IMG/VR virus record: IMGVR_UViG_3300034073_003276
Length of the DNA: 64,000 bases
Strand: one strand, 5' to 3'
Origin: a virus
Taxonomy: Duplodnaviria > Caudoviricetes
The position numbers and the translations under genes were made by a program. Positions 37,401 through 49,300 of this stretch are shown one piece after another; position 1 is the first letter of the stretch; the number at the start of each line of letters is the position of its first letter. Under the pieces are notes generated by a model, which worked only from the letters and a program-made list of their open reading frames with translations, ran no database searches and was not told the origin of the DNA.

Positions 37401-40400
37401 GTAGTTGGAGAATCATATGTTCCAAACTTATGATCAGGTCTTGCAACCCTAAAGGAAATAACCTTATTATTGTTTGAGTCATAACCAAAGACAGTTTCTC
37501 CAACTGTGAATGCAGATGATGCTCCAGGATTTTGTAAGGAAGAACTATCCGATATTTCAATAAGTTTCGGAATAAAATCTACAGATCCATTTCCATCTAG
37601 GAATTGATAATATCTTGTAGATGGTTTTAGGTTGGAAATAGAAAACTCAGTATTTCTAGATCTCATATATTCTTCAGGTCTAGATTCTACTAATCTAGTG
37701 ACACTTGAAGATGATGTAGTCACATTTGAAGATGCAGTAACACTTTGAGACGCTTCAATAGTTCTTTCAATTTGACCTCTTCTATCCCAATTTGCTACTC
37801 TTATATTTCTAGATCCAACTTCAACTCTAGATCTTTCGACTAAAACATAATCAGTAACAGAAACTGTTTTATTTGGTAATTGTACAGTTCTAACCCAGTT
37901 ATCTCTTTCTGGAGATAATTTTATTGTTCCACTATAAGATACTACATGGAATGGGTTTACATTTTCAACCTGAGTTGCTAATGGTTGTGATATCCACTTT
38001 TCAGAACTATATTTGAGTGAAACTGTTGGACCAGTTTTTTGAGTGTTTGAATCTAAGAGACTATAATTTGTTGATAGATCTACAGATTCATTTGTTATAT
38101 TTTGTGCAGGTGCAAGATAATTTTTTAAACTATTTCTAGATATAATTGGTCCCATCTCTTGCGAATCAGAATCAATTTCAATTGATGAGAATAAATTGTT
38201 TATTCTTGAAGAATCTTTAAAGTCATCTACAAAAAATCCAGTCTTAAATCTATTAAATCCTTCAGAATCTTGTATTTGGAGTGTTTGTGTACTTAATTCT
38301 AACAGAGATAGTGAAGTAACCCTTTCAAGATTTTTTACTCTATTCTCAATTAATCCAATATCTCTCATAGTATATCTTCTATTATCAACGAGAGATAATA
38401 TGGCATTCTTAACATTATAAAGATATGGTGGTAAAGTAACAGTTCCCAATTCCATCAAATCATCAGTCTTTAACGGAGACTTTGGATTTATAGATGATAA
38501 TCCTTCCAGGTAAATAAACTCACCATTTTTATTCAAATAAATTTTATCAACTCTTCCAAGATAATAGTCATAACCAACAATAGTGCTTTCATTTGGTGTC
38601 AAGTTTAACTTGATAGAAGAACTAAAGTCTCTATTAGAAAAATCAAAGGGTGAAGAAGTATTTGAGCTAAAAACAGATACTCTTGGTCTAAAATCTAAAG
38701 TATCTGTTGCTCTAATATCATTGTTTCCAATTGAAGGAACATCTGTTGCAAACTGCTCTTTATTATAACTTGCTACAGTAAATACATCACCGTTGTCGGT
38801 TGAGGGTATTGTATAATGGTCAAATACAACTAATAATCTCTTTGAAGGTTCAGTTTCTCCTTCGTTACGAACAAGTCTTGAATAGTCATAATATTGTTCT
38901 TTTTGACCCTTATCTAAAGTAAATCTATTAGTAATATCATTATAATTTCCTGGCGTTAGAAAATCAATTTCACCAACAATATTTGATTCCTGGAAAGTTA
39001 CAGATTCATTATTATTAAAGCGATTTGAGTTTAGGTAGATAATCCCAACACTATTAGTAGATCTGGATACTACTCTAGCGATACATCCACTTTCTGATCC
39101 TAAAATATTTTCGCCTACAATTACATTATCTCCAATATTTAAAACCGTGCTGAATGATAAAGTGTCTACAGATGGATTTGATGTATCTAAAGACTCATAA
39201 ACTGCTAAGACTTTTGATACATCTGGGTAGTTAATAGAAATCTCTTCATCCTGCACTCTAAGTCCATAGTATTGATTGTATTCCAATCCATCATTGATTG
39301 AAGTACTAACTCCCGTACCAGACTCTGGATACTTAGAATATACTACATTTATAGACTTACTACGATTAAACTGCTTTTGCTTACTTTGCACTCCATTCTT
39401 AATGAAAGTAGCATTGATTGATGAAGTTATTTTTCCATTAGTAAGGTTTGATATTACTACTTGATTACTAGATAAAGAAAATTGATCTGATGTTAAAGAT
39501 TGAGTAGTGCCATCATCATAATGAACAGAATAACGCTCCTCGTCAAAAGGTGCAAATAACGCAGTCGATAATCCAGAAGGTAATGAAAAATCCGAAACTG
39601 TTAAGGTTATTTGATTAGAAGAAACTGTTTTTGCGCTTGTAGATTGTGCGCTAAAAGTTAAGATAGAATCGTTTAAATCTACCTGCGATACATTTGTGTT
39701 TGGCAGTTCTGCATATAAGTATCCTTTATCAGAATTTCTAATCTTAGGTATTCCTAAACTAAATGATAAATTTGTCGCAACTCCTACTCCACCATCACAA
39801 ACACCCGTAACTGTAGCAATTCCTGCAACAACCATAGATGTTCCAGTAGAATTTACACTGGAGACAACATTAAAAGTTTCAGTTGTTTTATCTGGTGCCT
39901 GGAATCTTACTATAGAACCAGGTTTGATAGTGTTAAAAAACTTTCCTGGAGAAGTTACTACACCACCTGCAGTGATATTGATAGTATCTGAAGCATTAAA
40001 ACCGATAGGAAGTTGTCTATCTAATACAGAGTCTCCAATAAATGATGTGGTAAATCCAGAAACAGATATTGGTTGGTAAATTTGCTTAATATCTGTAGTA
40101 TCATATACAGTTATTTCAAAAATTGATCTTGGATATAACTCCAATCCATTAATAACTAATTGCTCACCTCTTACAAAAGTACCAGATGTTTGCCTTAACT
40201 TAATTGTTGTAGTTCCATCACCAGCAATAGCAGCATATCCAGATGCTCCACTACTTTTACCTTTTACATAAGATGATACTGGCAATTGTGTTGAAGAAAG
40301 ACCTTGATTCAATACTAAGGTAGTATATGTTTGTACATCATAAAGATACAAATCCCAATTAGTAGATGCTCCGGAATACGCAGCATCAGTTAATCTAAAA

Positions 40401-41719
40401 TTATAAACTTTAGCGTCTCCAATTCGTGTACTTGAATCTGGATCTCCCGAATCACTTCTTCTAACAGAGTGAATTTCTACGGATTCATTTTGCTTTGGAG
40501 ATCCTGTGATATTATTAATCCTCAGTAAATTTCCCATTTCAAAGGGAATATTTACACTCTCTACATTCTGGGTTTCTCTTGGTTTGTTTACATCAAGGAT
40601 AGTAGTAGTAACTTTTTCTATATCATATCCTTTAACATATGCTTTTCCTGGAGATAACTTTACACACATTAAGTCATCTGATGGATTATTTCCAGATTCT
40701 GTTTTCTGGCTATCAAAAAATAATCCATTATTACCAAGTCTATCATTAAGAGAATTGTGTAAAGAAATTTTAAAAGGTTCTACTGAATAATTTCCAGACT
40801 CATCAAAAGTTCTTTGCGCCAGATAATCTCTTATTACTGAGTATTGTGTCTTAGTATTAACCTTTTTAATCTCACCATTTTCAATTCTAAGAATTTCAAT
40901 AAAATCAGTGTCTGTATCAACACTATCTAAAGTCTTTTTAGTTAAAGATAGATTTATTTTAAATCTATCTGCTCCTGGTGCTGCAAAATTTGTAAATCCT
41001 TTTGCATTATCATATAAAGAAGAATCTTCTTTAGATGTTACAATTTCTTCTGATACTTTTAATCCTACTCTATATGAAGGAGTATTAGAATAATAATCAA
41101 GAATAATAGTTTGCTTGGTTACATTTGCAAAAGTGCCTCTTACAAAATAAATTCCATCATCAATCGAAGCTGCAGATCCTGTAGAAGTAGCATCAGTAGA
41201 TATTAAAGATGCAAAAGGAGTTCCAGATGTAATTGTAGTGTTACCATAAACTACACTTTCATTAGAAACTAATGATTCTCCATCTTGAAATGGAGTAAAA
41301 TTAAAATCGTTATCAGAATCTATGTATTTTACATATAAAGTAACATAGTCTAATCCATTAGATGAATTTGGAATTTCAACTTTTTGTACTGATGCAGTAA
41401 CACCAGAAATTTGACCTTCTATTAACTTTCCAACATACTGATTAATATACGCTGATATGTTAACGCCAAAAGATGTTGAATTTAGCTTAACTGAATAAAA
41501 GTTAGAATCATAAGTAGTATTTCCTGGAATTACTACAGACCCTTCTTTAAATATGTGACTTCCAAAAGATTCAATTTGATTTTGTAATATTGATTGAATA
41601 TTATTTAATTCTCTTGCCTGTACTGGTCTTCCTGGAGTGAAAAGAACTTTGTAAAAATCCTTTTGAGCATCAAAGTCATCAAAATAAGGACTTACATTTA
41701 GGTTTGTCTTTTGTGCCAT
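34436..41719 (-). CDS. large virion structural protein (DUF4815/VrlC-like baseplate component), 2427 aa
   Basis: TNLNVSPYFDDF...KVLF.PGRPVQARELN.IQSILQNQ, RTFDESGNY, YDYYLGRVD, NRRYTMRDIG..E.R, DPLAQSF. Confidence 0.88.
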   Translation of the reverse strand: MAQKTNLNVSPYFDDFDAQKDFYKVLFTPGRPVQARELNNIQSILQNQIESFGSHIFKEGSVVIPGNTTYDSNFYSVKLNSTSFGVNISAYINQYVGKLIEGQISGVTASVQKVEIPNSSNGLDYVTLYVKYIDSDNDFNFTPFQDGESLVSNESVVYGNTTITSGTPFASLISTDATSTGSAASIDDGIYFVRGTFANVTKQTIILDYYSNTPSYRVGLKVSEEIVTSKEDSSLYDNAKGFTNFAAPGADRFKINLSLTKKTLDSVDTDTDFIEILRIENGEIKKVNTKTQYSVIRDYLAQRTFDESGNYSVEPFKISLHNSLNDRLGNNGLFFDSQKTESGNNPSDDLMCVKLSPGKAYVKGYDIEKVTTTILDVNKPRETQNVESVNIPFEMGNLLRINNITGSPKQNESVEIHSVRRSDSGDPDSSTRIGDAKVYNFRLTDAAYSGASTNWDLYLYDVQTYTTLVLNQGLSSTQLPVSSYVKGKSSGASGYAAIAGDGTTTIKLRQTSGTFVRGEQLVINGLELYPRSIFEITVYDTTDIKQIYQPISVSGFTTSFIGDSVLDRQLPIGFNASDTINITAGGVVTSPGKFFNTIKPGSIVRFQAPDKTTETFNVVSSVNSTGTSMVVAGIATVTGVCDGGVGVATNLSFSLGIPKIRNSDKGYLYAELPNTNVSQVDLNDSILTFSAQSTSAKTVSSNQITLTVSDFSLPSGLSTALFAPFDEERYSVHYDDGTTQSLTSDQFSLSSNQVVISNLTNGKITSSINATFIKNGVQSKQKQFNRSKSINVVYSKYPESGTGVSTSINDGLEYNQYYGLRVQDEEISINYPDVSKVLAVYESLDTSNPSVDTLSFSTVLNIGDNVIVGENILGSESGCIARVVSRSTNSVGIIYLNSNRFNNNESVTFQESNIVGEIDFLTPGNYNDITNRFTLDKGQKEQYYDYSRLVRNEGETEPSKRLLVVFDHYTIPSTDNGDVFTVASYNKEQFATDVPSIGNNDIRATDTLDFRPRVSVFSSNTSSPFDFSNRDFSSSIKLNLTPNESTIVGYDYYLGRVDKIYLNKNGEFIYLEGLSSINPKSPLKTDDLMELGTVTLPPYLYNVKNAILSLVDNRRYTMRDIGLIENRVKNLERVTSLSLLELSTQTLQIQDSEGFNRFKTGFFVDDFKDSSRINNLFSSIEIDSDSQEMGPIISRNSLKNYLAPAQNITNESVDLSTNYSLLDSNTQKTGPTVSLKYSSEKWISQPLATQVENVNPFHVVSYSGTIKLSPERDNWVRTVQLPNKTVSVTDYVLVERSRVEVGSRNIRVANWDRRGQIERTIEASQSVTASSNVTTSSSSVTRLVESRPEEYMRSRNTEFSISNLKPSTRYYQFLDGNGSVDFIPKLIEISDSSSLQNPGASSAFTVGETVFGYDSNNNKVISFRVARPDHKFGTYDSPTTSFNINPYIKTESLPTAYSASSKVLNVDTYSLSEEAQGLYSGYLVKGAKLVGQTSGAIAYVKDLRLVSDNFGDLIGSFFIRNPNTSPAPDVRINTGNKTYKVTSSPTNETAAPGSTSISSATSNYVSEGTLELYETTITNTTTVTTTRTTTTTIANVTTEFYDPLAQSFSVGGSETANDEENGAYLTSVDLFFYKKDTNNNPLTVQVRTVELGTPTRTVIGNPVTLRPNQINISDDASAVTKVTFDYPIYLAPGLEYAIVLLAPESVEYEVFIAEMGKKTIQSANLPDANAVVYSQQFALGSLFKSQNGSIWTANQYQDMKFTLYRANFVTNTPSTAYFYNPTLDESNGYIKNLQSNPLTALPRLLSVGITTTTDANAIGILTTGRKVSESVKTYNYGYIVGTGCSVSSVGVTTGGSNYVTDSDVSTFNIIGNGSGLTLDITASGGVIGVATVVNPGTGYAIGDVVGIVTSSVSSNSGRNATITITGNNDGIDTLYLSNVQGNSFTIDGTANLVYYDDSNNSVTMGSTYIRSSTPTGSLYAGNFLKVNHFNHGMYAENNKVSISGVLPNVVPTTLSQPITASSTSISVASTENFGTFEGKGVGGGNPGYVIIENEIIKYEDVGTGTLETITRAQSSTIAVPHDTNAQVYKYEFNGVSLRRINTTHDISDVGLDIDSYYIEIDRTSNGEDRSADNTPTGYPQLSFETELNSGGNNVFATENIQYDSIIPFYRIISPTDATSVSAKIRSVSGTSISGSEVSFNDLGYEDIQLNSLNQLSSTRIVCSKVNEDTYLTALPRNKSFTTAITLQTTNKYLSPQIFLDNSFTDFHSNRINSPISNYSTDNRVNSFIEDPHSSVYVSNTVRLSQSATSLKVILSAYRHSSADFRVLYSLIRPDSSEIAQAFELFPGYDNLTVDNNNDGYLDVVNPANNSGLPDTLVRSSRENEFLEYEFSANNLGEFTGYIIKIVMSSTNQAYPPRFKDLRSIAIR

Positions 41720-41722
41720 TTC

Positions 41723-43297
41723 TTAAAATTCCAGGATAATTTTAATGTCTTCTTTTTGCCTAATATTGCGTGAAACGAGAGGTCTATTATCAATATAAAT
41801 TATATCTCCCGTCTTTTTATTTATCTCAGGATTTGCAAGACCATCTTCAAATGTAACTCCTAAATTTATAATGGAGTTATTCACTGTTGTAGTTATTCCA
41901 CTAAAGGATGAAATTTGTCCTGTAAATCCACTAGTTTCACCAACTATATTTCCCCCAGTGTTACTAAAATTCACATTAGCATTTCCATCAGTAGAAACAC
42001 CAACATAATCTGTTTGATCATATGACGGTGCAGGTGCATAATATAGTGATCTATCTCTAAAATATTTTAACACTTTAGTGTCAGAATCATATGATGCAAC
42101 ATATCCTACTGCTCCAGTACTCGATTGAGTAATCTTTTCACCAACAATTGGAAGAATATCATTTACTGAAGAGAAATTGATTGAATATAATCCAGAAAAT
42201 TGAGCATCTGTAAAGGTATCTGTTGATATAAATTTAGTAGGATTTTTTAATATGCCAATCTGACAAAACTTAGTATTGGTTGGAAAATCCCTAGAAGAAT
42301 CATCAAATCTACTGTAAATCATCACTCGGTCTGCACCAAGTTCTTTATATAAATCGTATCCATGACCTCTAGATGGTGGAATTATTGGAATTAGTTTTGC
42401 AGGATTTGCAATATTTCCACCTGGTTGTATAGGTCCCAAATCAACTATTCCATAAGTATATCCTTTACCACCAAAAGTAACAGTGGTATTAATTATTTCT
42501 CCACTTGAATTAGTTTCAATACTAACTTTACCACCAGTCCCATCTCCCAAAATGTCAACTTCTACTGCCTCTGGTAAAACTTGATAATTACTTCCAGGAT
42601 TATCGATATAAACCGTTTTTATTTGATTATCATTTACTTCAGAATCGCCATTTTCTCTTACAGAAACAATCTGAGAGTCTGTAGAATTGCTCCAGTTATT
42701 GGGTAATGTAATATACTCTGTAGAGTCAAACTTTATAATGTCGCTAGGAGAAACTGTGAATAGATACTTCCAGTAATATCCATCACCACCTGAACCTGCT
42801 ATAGTTGGTTCTAAATCAGTGTGCGTTGGTTCGTATAATGACTGATTTCCAGTTGTATTAATACCACTGGAACCGTTTTGGGTACAGATATAAACTTTAT
42901 AGTCGCTATTGATTACATAATATTCTGAATCATACAATCTTGCCCTTTTTGCTATTGGACTAAGATTAGTGATACTATAATCATGCCTATACATATCATA
43001 TTTTTTTCCTCTCACCCAATCAACTCTTTTTACAACTCTTCTTATATTTGATGATGTTACTTTTTTTCCAAAAAGAAGAGTATCTTCATATTGGGTGAGG
43101 TAATCTAAATTATCTATAGGATTTGGAACAACACCATTTGTTACTCCAGTTCCACCATCCCAGTTTGCATTTCTACCAAATCCAGATATATTAGGGTTTG
43201 ACAGTCCAACCCAAACATAATATGAATCATTATCTACTGATTCTATAAAATTAGTAGCATTAAGAATTCTAAATTGATCTGTTACAAGTGCAGACAT
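41723..43297 (-). CDS. g8: baseplate wedge subunit gp8
   Basis: RVDWVRGKKYDMY, YVINSDYKVYIC, DGYYWKYLFTV, GDIIYIDNRP.VSRN..QKEDIKIILEF. Confidence 0.93.
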   Translation of the reverse strand: MSALVTDQFRILNATNFIESVDNDSYYVWVGLSNPNISGFGRNANWDGGTGVTNGVVPNPIDNLDYLTQYEDTLLFGKKVTSSNIRRVVKRVDWVRGKKYDMYRHDYSITNLSPIAKRARLYDSEYYVINSDYKVYICTQNGSSGINTTGNQSLYEPTHTDLEPTIAGSGGDGYYWKYLFTVSPSDIIKFDSTEYITLPNNWSNSTDSQIVSVRENGDSEVNDNQIKTVYIDNPGSNYQVLPEAVEVDILGDGTGGKVSIETNSSGEIINTTVTFGGKGYTYGIVDLGPIQPGGNIANPAKLIPIIPPSRGHGYDLYKELGADRVMIYSRFDDSSRDFPTNTKFCQIGILKNPTKFISTDTFTDAQFSGLYSINFSSVNDILPIVGEKITQSSTGAVGYVASYDSDTKVLKYFRDRSLYYAPAPSYDQTDYVGVSTDGNANVNFSNTGGNIVGETSGFTGQISSFSGITTTVNNSIINLGVTFEDGLANPEINKKTGDIIYIDNRPLVSRNIRQKEDIKIILEF

Positions 43298-43317
43298 TTA
43301 TATTGATGTTTTTTTTA

Positions 43318-43325
43318 TATTTATA
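43318..43325 (-). promoter_or_regulatory. T4-type late promoter TATAAATA for g8
   Basis: Exact consensus between the g7 stop and the g8 start. Confidence 0.78.
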
Positions 43326-43330
43326 TGAGG

Positions 43331-46300
43331 TTATGTCAACTTATCTTTAACCAATGATCCAGTGCTTCTCAATCCAAACCCTCTTCTCTGAATAATTGGG
43401 TAAGTGGATAATCCTGCACTATAACTTTCGCTACTTATACCAACACTTGATACATATCCAGTAACTGCAATTGAAATTGGTGCTGAAGATCTAGTAAATC
43501 CAGATAATCTACCCCATGTCATTCCACCTACTGGATATTTGATAGTTCCTGTAGTGGCAATTCCAACAGTTGATGTATCTGACGCAACATTACAAGTCAT
43601 AATTCCTGTTACTGCATCAAAAGCATGAATCTTATACACATTATTTAAGTTTGATGTGCTGATAGCAACAATATCAGCATCAGAAGTGTCAACTGAGGTC
43701 ACTCCACTTCCTACAGTAGTATTTGAGATATAAACAGGATATCCAACTTGCAAATTTGAAAAATCCAATGAATTTGAAGGATTTGAAATATTTCTTATTG
43801 TGAATTCTACTGCTAAAGGATGACCAATTCCAGTAGTAGTTGCAATTCCTACAACCGAAGCATTAAATCCGTCTACAGCAGATATTCCAGAGATAATTTC
43901 AAATTGTGTGGAGAAATCTGTAGTTGCTATTCCAACATTTGTGTTAGTAAAGGCAATGGCACTAAAATTAATTGGAGACTCATTTTCATAATTAAATAGT
44001 GAGAAATCATCGACAAATATTTCAGTATCAGTGGAAGTTAAATCTCCTATAATATTTGCAGTTGGATAAACTTGAGGTTCTATGGAATCTCTTGATTTAG
44101 AAACAATCTCACCATTAATTGTCAAATCAACTTTTTGCTTAGTCCAATAAAGAGGTTTCTCATTCTCTGTATCAATACCTTGTGCATTGTATAAATTCGT
44201 TTCCACCTTATCAGATCCTGCAATATCATATACAGTTCTCTTATTTTGAGTAATTGTATTTGGAATATTATTATTACTGAATAATTGTATAGTGTCACCG
44301 ACTTTAATCGTTTCTGTAACCTCTTCAAGTGTGCTATCTTCTCCTCTAGTTCCTCTATAGAAGAATATTGATATATCATCAACTTCTTTTGGTGGAACTG
44401 TAAATGTAAATGATGTTCCTCCACTAAACTGATAAGAACTTCCAGGTTCTTGTAATATTCCATTTACAAATATTACTAGGACTGAATCTAAATCTATCAA
44501 CTGAGAATCACTTATTCCTTCATCAATTTCAAAACTTAACAGTTCTGAATTATAAAATAGTGGGAATCTAGTTCTTGTACCATTTTGATAATTTTTAATT
44601 GAATCAATATAATCTAATTCTCCAAATTGCCAAGCAGCGAATGAATCGCTAAAGGTGTCAAGGACTGTTAATTCAAACTCACTGATCGGAGACACTAATC
44701 TTGCATCAGTTACTAATCCTACAGGTTTGAATACATCACCTCTTCTAAATCCATAACCATTTCTTGTAATTGTGAAATTAGTTACTTCAAAGTATGTTGA
44801 CCCTATTCCTGTGGTAGAACTTGCACCAACTTCAACATTTAATAATAATCCAACACCTGTTTCTGTAGTTGCTCCTATATCAAGACGAGAAACTCCAATG
44901 ACTGGTAGATTTTCATAAGAAGGTGAGGAGACATTGACTGTAGGACTAGAATATCCGCTTCCTCCATCAACAACTGTGAATGATAAAGTTCCTCCAACAC
45001 CAACGGAAGCTGTGACATTTGCTGCAGACCCTGTATGTCCAGACTCTGTAATCGCTACAGAAACGCTTCCTCTATACCCAGATCCAAGTATATCTAAAGT
45101 ACCTAATCCAACTGAGACAATAGACCCTCCACCGTCCACTACTGCAGTTACAGAAGCACCTACGAGAGGAGCATATCCAAGACCTGAGGTAGATCCCAAG
45201 GAAACAATAATACCTCCACGAGGTAATTGATTCATATTAATATCATAATCTGAAGTATAGATTCCACTATCCGATCTAATTCCAGTAAATGTTATACTGG
45301 ATATTCCAGATACAGAATCTTCCTCAATTACATAATTATTTCCAGAATTATTTAAAGTAGATGGAGATTGGAAAATACTGTTAATAAAGACAATTCCATT
45401 TCCTCCACTAGTTCCTAAACCAACTGTATTAATTCCCTGTGTAGTTAGTGTAAAAGTCTGCCCAATTCCAGTAAATTGTTCCGATATATCATCATATAAT
45501 TGATTGGAAGTGTAATCTTGCCTTAAGAAAACTTTACCACTGAATGTTGCCCGTTCTCTTGGAAGAGCATTTTCATCTGGACCAATTAAATCGAGTTGAT
45601 TTCCTCTTGGTGGTTGAGTAAAGTAAATTTTATTACCAGAAATATTGTATGATCCTCTATGAACCCTAGCAATTGAAGTATCTGTATGTACTCCAGCAGT
45701 AGATCCTACAAACCCTCTAGTAACTTCAACTAGTGGAACACTCCCAGTAAATGATATTGGACCGCTGCTTGTAGTACCTAATCCAACATTTTCAACTCTA
45801 ACAAACTCATTATCAATTTTTAACAAATCTGTGGGTCTAATGGAACTAATTCCACTCAAGGCAAAAATTGTAGATGCGGTGCCAATTTGCCCACCATTAT
45901 CAGATAATGTATGAGTTACATAAGAATATGAAATTGGATATTGTACTAGATTATTAATTGTGATTAAAGATTTTTCATTCTTTTTAAACATTTCTATTTC
46001 ATGAGCATTGCCAAGACCTAAAGAGGTAAAAGTTACCCCAATTCCTTGCTCAGCGTACTCCTTTTTAGTTGCCAATCTCAATGTATTAGGAGTTTCTTTA
46101 ATTGCATAGACAACTTCTGGAAGTATAGTGGTAACTACTCCAACATAATTTTCTGTTGCACCTATGCCTAAAGCGGAAGTGCCAATGCCAATGAAAGTAG
46201 ATTTTGGTCTATAAATTAACTCTTCTCCAGTATTAAAGAAGTGATTTGGTATTGTGCATATACCAGTTACTGCATCAATTGAATTTGAAGGATCGAAAGT

Positions 46301-49300
46301 CTTCATAAATATTGGATTTTCTTCATAATTTGCTTCAAAGTCAAGTTTATCAGATGATGGTGAATTAATACCAAAGTATTTGGAAATTCTTACAGATTGT
46401 CTCACTGTAGAATAATCTAAATCTGGAGGAATATTTACAACATCCAAATCTGTATAAAAACATTCATTGAACGAAATTATTTCAATATCTCCAGTAACAG
46501 AGGGATCTGGATAAAAACTAAGAATAATATTTGTTGAATCAATACTTGCTCCAAAAGTACCTATTCCACCCGTACTTCCAATAGACAAGAATGGATACTG
46601 TAGGGTAGAAACATTTGATCCATCATAAACAGTCATTACTTGATGTAAAGCACTAGTTTCTCCCAACCCAACACGAACTACAGATTTTATTGAGGTAAAC
46701 AGTGATTTGTCTAATGTAATTACACTTGTAGACCCTGAAGAAACATTATTATAATTTGATTCAAAAACAACTGTTCTCTCATTTCCATCTATTTGTCCTG
46801 GAAGTTTAAACCTATAGAAATCTCCACCCAATGCCGTGGTTCCAAACCCAACATTTTTAGATCTTACAGATATACTTTCAGACTCTGTATTTGTATAATT
46901 TAAAGATAAAATTCCACCACTTAATGAAGCGCCAAATGAACCTATAAATCCATAACTATCACCTCCCTCACCATCAAAATAATATTCAGTAATATAAGTG
47001 TCAGAACCATCATGTGACAGATAAATTTCGACATAGTTCATCTTAGAACTATCATTATTCATTACATGAATATTTGAATAAACAGAGGAGTATTTTGTTG
47101 AATCTAATTCAATAATTGTTGTTGTTATTCCACTAGTAACTACTTTATTTTGAGATATTAAATCTATACAATTTAAACTCTGCGTAGATCCAATGCCAGA
47201 AATAAATGTATCTTGTAATATCTTAATGTCAAAATCAGAGTTAAATGGATCTTCTGGTTCAAATCTCAAATAAAATACGCCTTCTTCATCAACATATCCA
47301 CTAATATTTGCCAATAACAAATCAGGGTCAAATACGGTAGATCCGTATCCAGTGGTTCCTGTAGTAAGGTCCCCCTTGTATAAATTAAAAATATTTTCAG
47401 AATCATTAATTGCAACTATTTCACTAAACTGTGCTTCATTATTTGATGTATTCTTTACTTGAACTAAAAATTTGTTATATCCATTGGAAGAATTAATTGC
47501 AAGTATATTGGATACGTCTTCTCTCTCATCATCACTACTGGAAAATTGAGAACTAATATCATCAATTTTCAAAACTCTATTAGTTCTAAGTAAAATATAT
47601 TTCGAAAGACGTGTATTTTCAAATTTTACAAATCTCGATCTATCTCCCGAAGTATCTACATCAAAGGCAAAATCAAAATTATTAATAGTGTCAACTCGAT
47701 TGTCTTCAACAATCATATTAATAATCGACAATGTAGATTCTGTATTTCCTACACCAGATTGTGCGCTTTGAGATAATTGAGTATCTGCAAAATTCTTTGT
47801 ACCACTAGTGTGTAGTAAATTATTAACTGGCGTTACTATCTCTTCCCAAGTTTTACTACTCTTTACCGTGTATGAAAGATTTTGATAGTAATCATTATCT
47901 GAAGTTACTTGTGAGTCATTGTTAAGTTTGCCAGTTTCCTCCCTCCATCCAAAATTTTGAAGATTAAAGTAGTCTATATTGTAAATTCCTTCAGTTGTGG
48001 AAACTACATCAACTGTCGCCTCACTCAAAGACTGTAATCCTCTTATTCTTTCATTTTGCGAAAGATTATATTTCCCAGATACTCTTACAATGTTTTCATC
48101 ACAAGAAGTAACAATTAAATCTCTAGACTGGAATCCTATTCCATTATCCGATTCTAAAGTCTCTCCAACGATAAATGGTAAAAACTTTTGAGTAACTTCA
48201 AACTCTGGATAATTTTTATAATTTGTAATAGATGCATAAGATTCTTGAATAGTTTTTGCTACTCCAGGATTAGTTGTTAATCCAGAAACACTAAACTCAA
48301 GTTTGGATGGATTTAATTCAAAATAATTTTCTATTGTAAAGAATCTATATCCATAGTCTTCAGAGTTGAATCCATCTCCTGAAGAATCTGCTTTTTCAAT
48401 TCCTTCAACAAATATTCTATCTCCAACTGCAAAAGGTGCAGTTGTAAATCCTAATACTGGTGTAGTTAAAATACAAGTAACTATTCCAGATGAAGAAGAT
48501 TCTACCTTGTCTATCGATACAGAATTAGAATTATTAATTGACCTAATTGTAACTGGTCTGATAGGTAAACCTTTAGGTTCTACTTCAATGTCTACTTCAC
48601 CAATAGAAGATCCTGTTAAAGTTGCCTTTAAGAATCCAGAGTTAATGAGTTCTCCAGTATCAGTGTTAACTAGAATTAAATCTGGAGCAGATGTGTAATT
48701 TTGTCCACCATTAAGGATAGTGATCGTATCAATAGTATTTGATGAAGAAATATAAGCTAATTGGGGGATGGTTGCTGTTGGTCTTAAAGTTTTATCTGAA
48801 GCGTATTCAAATCCCTCATTTATAATTCTACTTTGGGTTATCTTTCCAATACTGTCTGAGGATGGAATAACAAATGCCCCCTCACCAGTTGCGGAATCAG
48901 ATCCAGTAAAGCGAGGAAGTGACTTATATCCATATCCTCCAGAAATTAGATTAACTTGGTCAATTCCTCCAGAGATTGAAGTAGAATTTGAAGAATACTC
49001 AAGTATATCACATTCATCTTTTTGATAGTTTAAATTTTCTGGAGTATTTGATAAAGAAACGGTAAAAGTAGTGTCTCCGACACTAACTACAGTATAATTT
49101 CCATTATAAACACTATCAGTAAAAGACAATTCGGAATAGTTGACAACATCAGTATCTGCAGTACTGATATATCCAGACTTTTCTAAATTATAATAGAGTT
49201 TTTCTGGAACAGAATCAGTATAATTTAAAGTCAGTGACGCATTTGTAGATACTCCTACAGTTCCAACACCAGAGACTGATAACGAGGTAGTAGTTGCAAC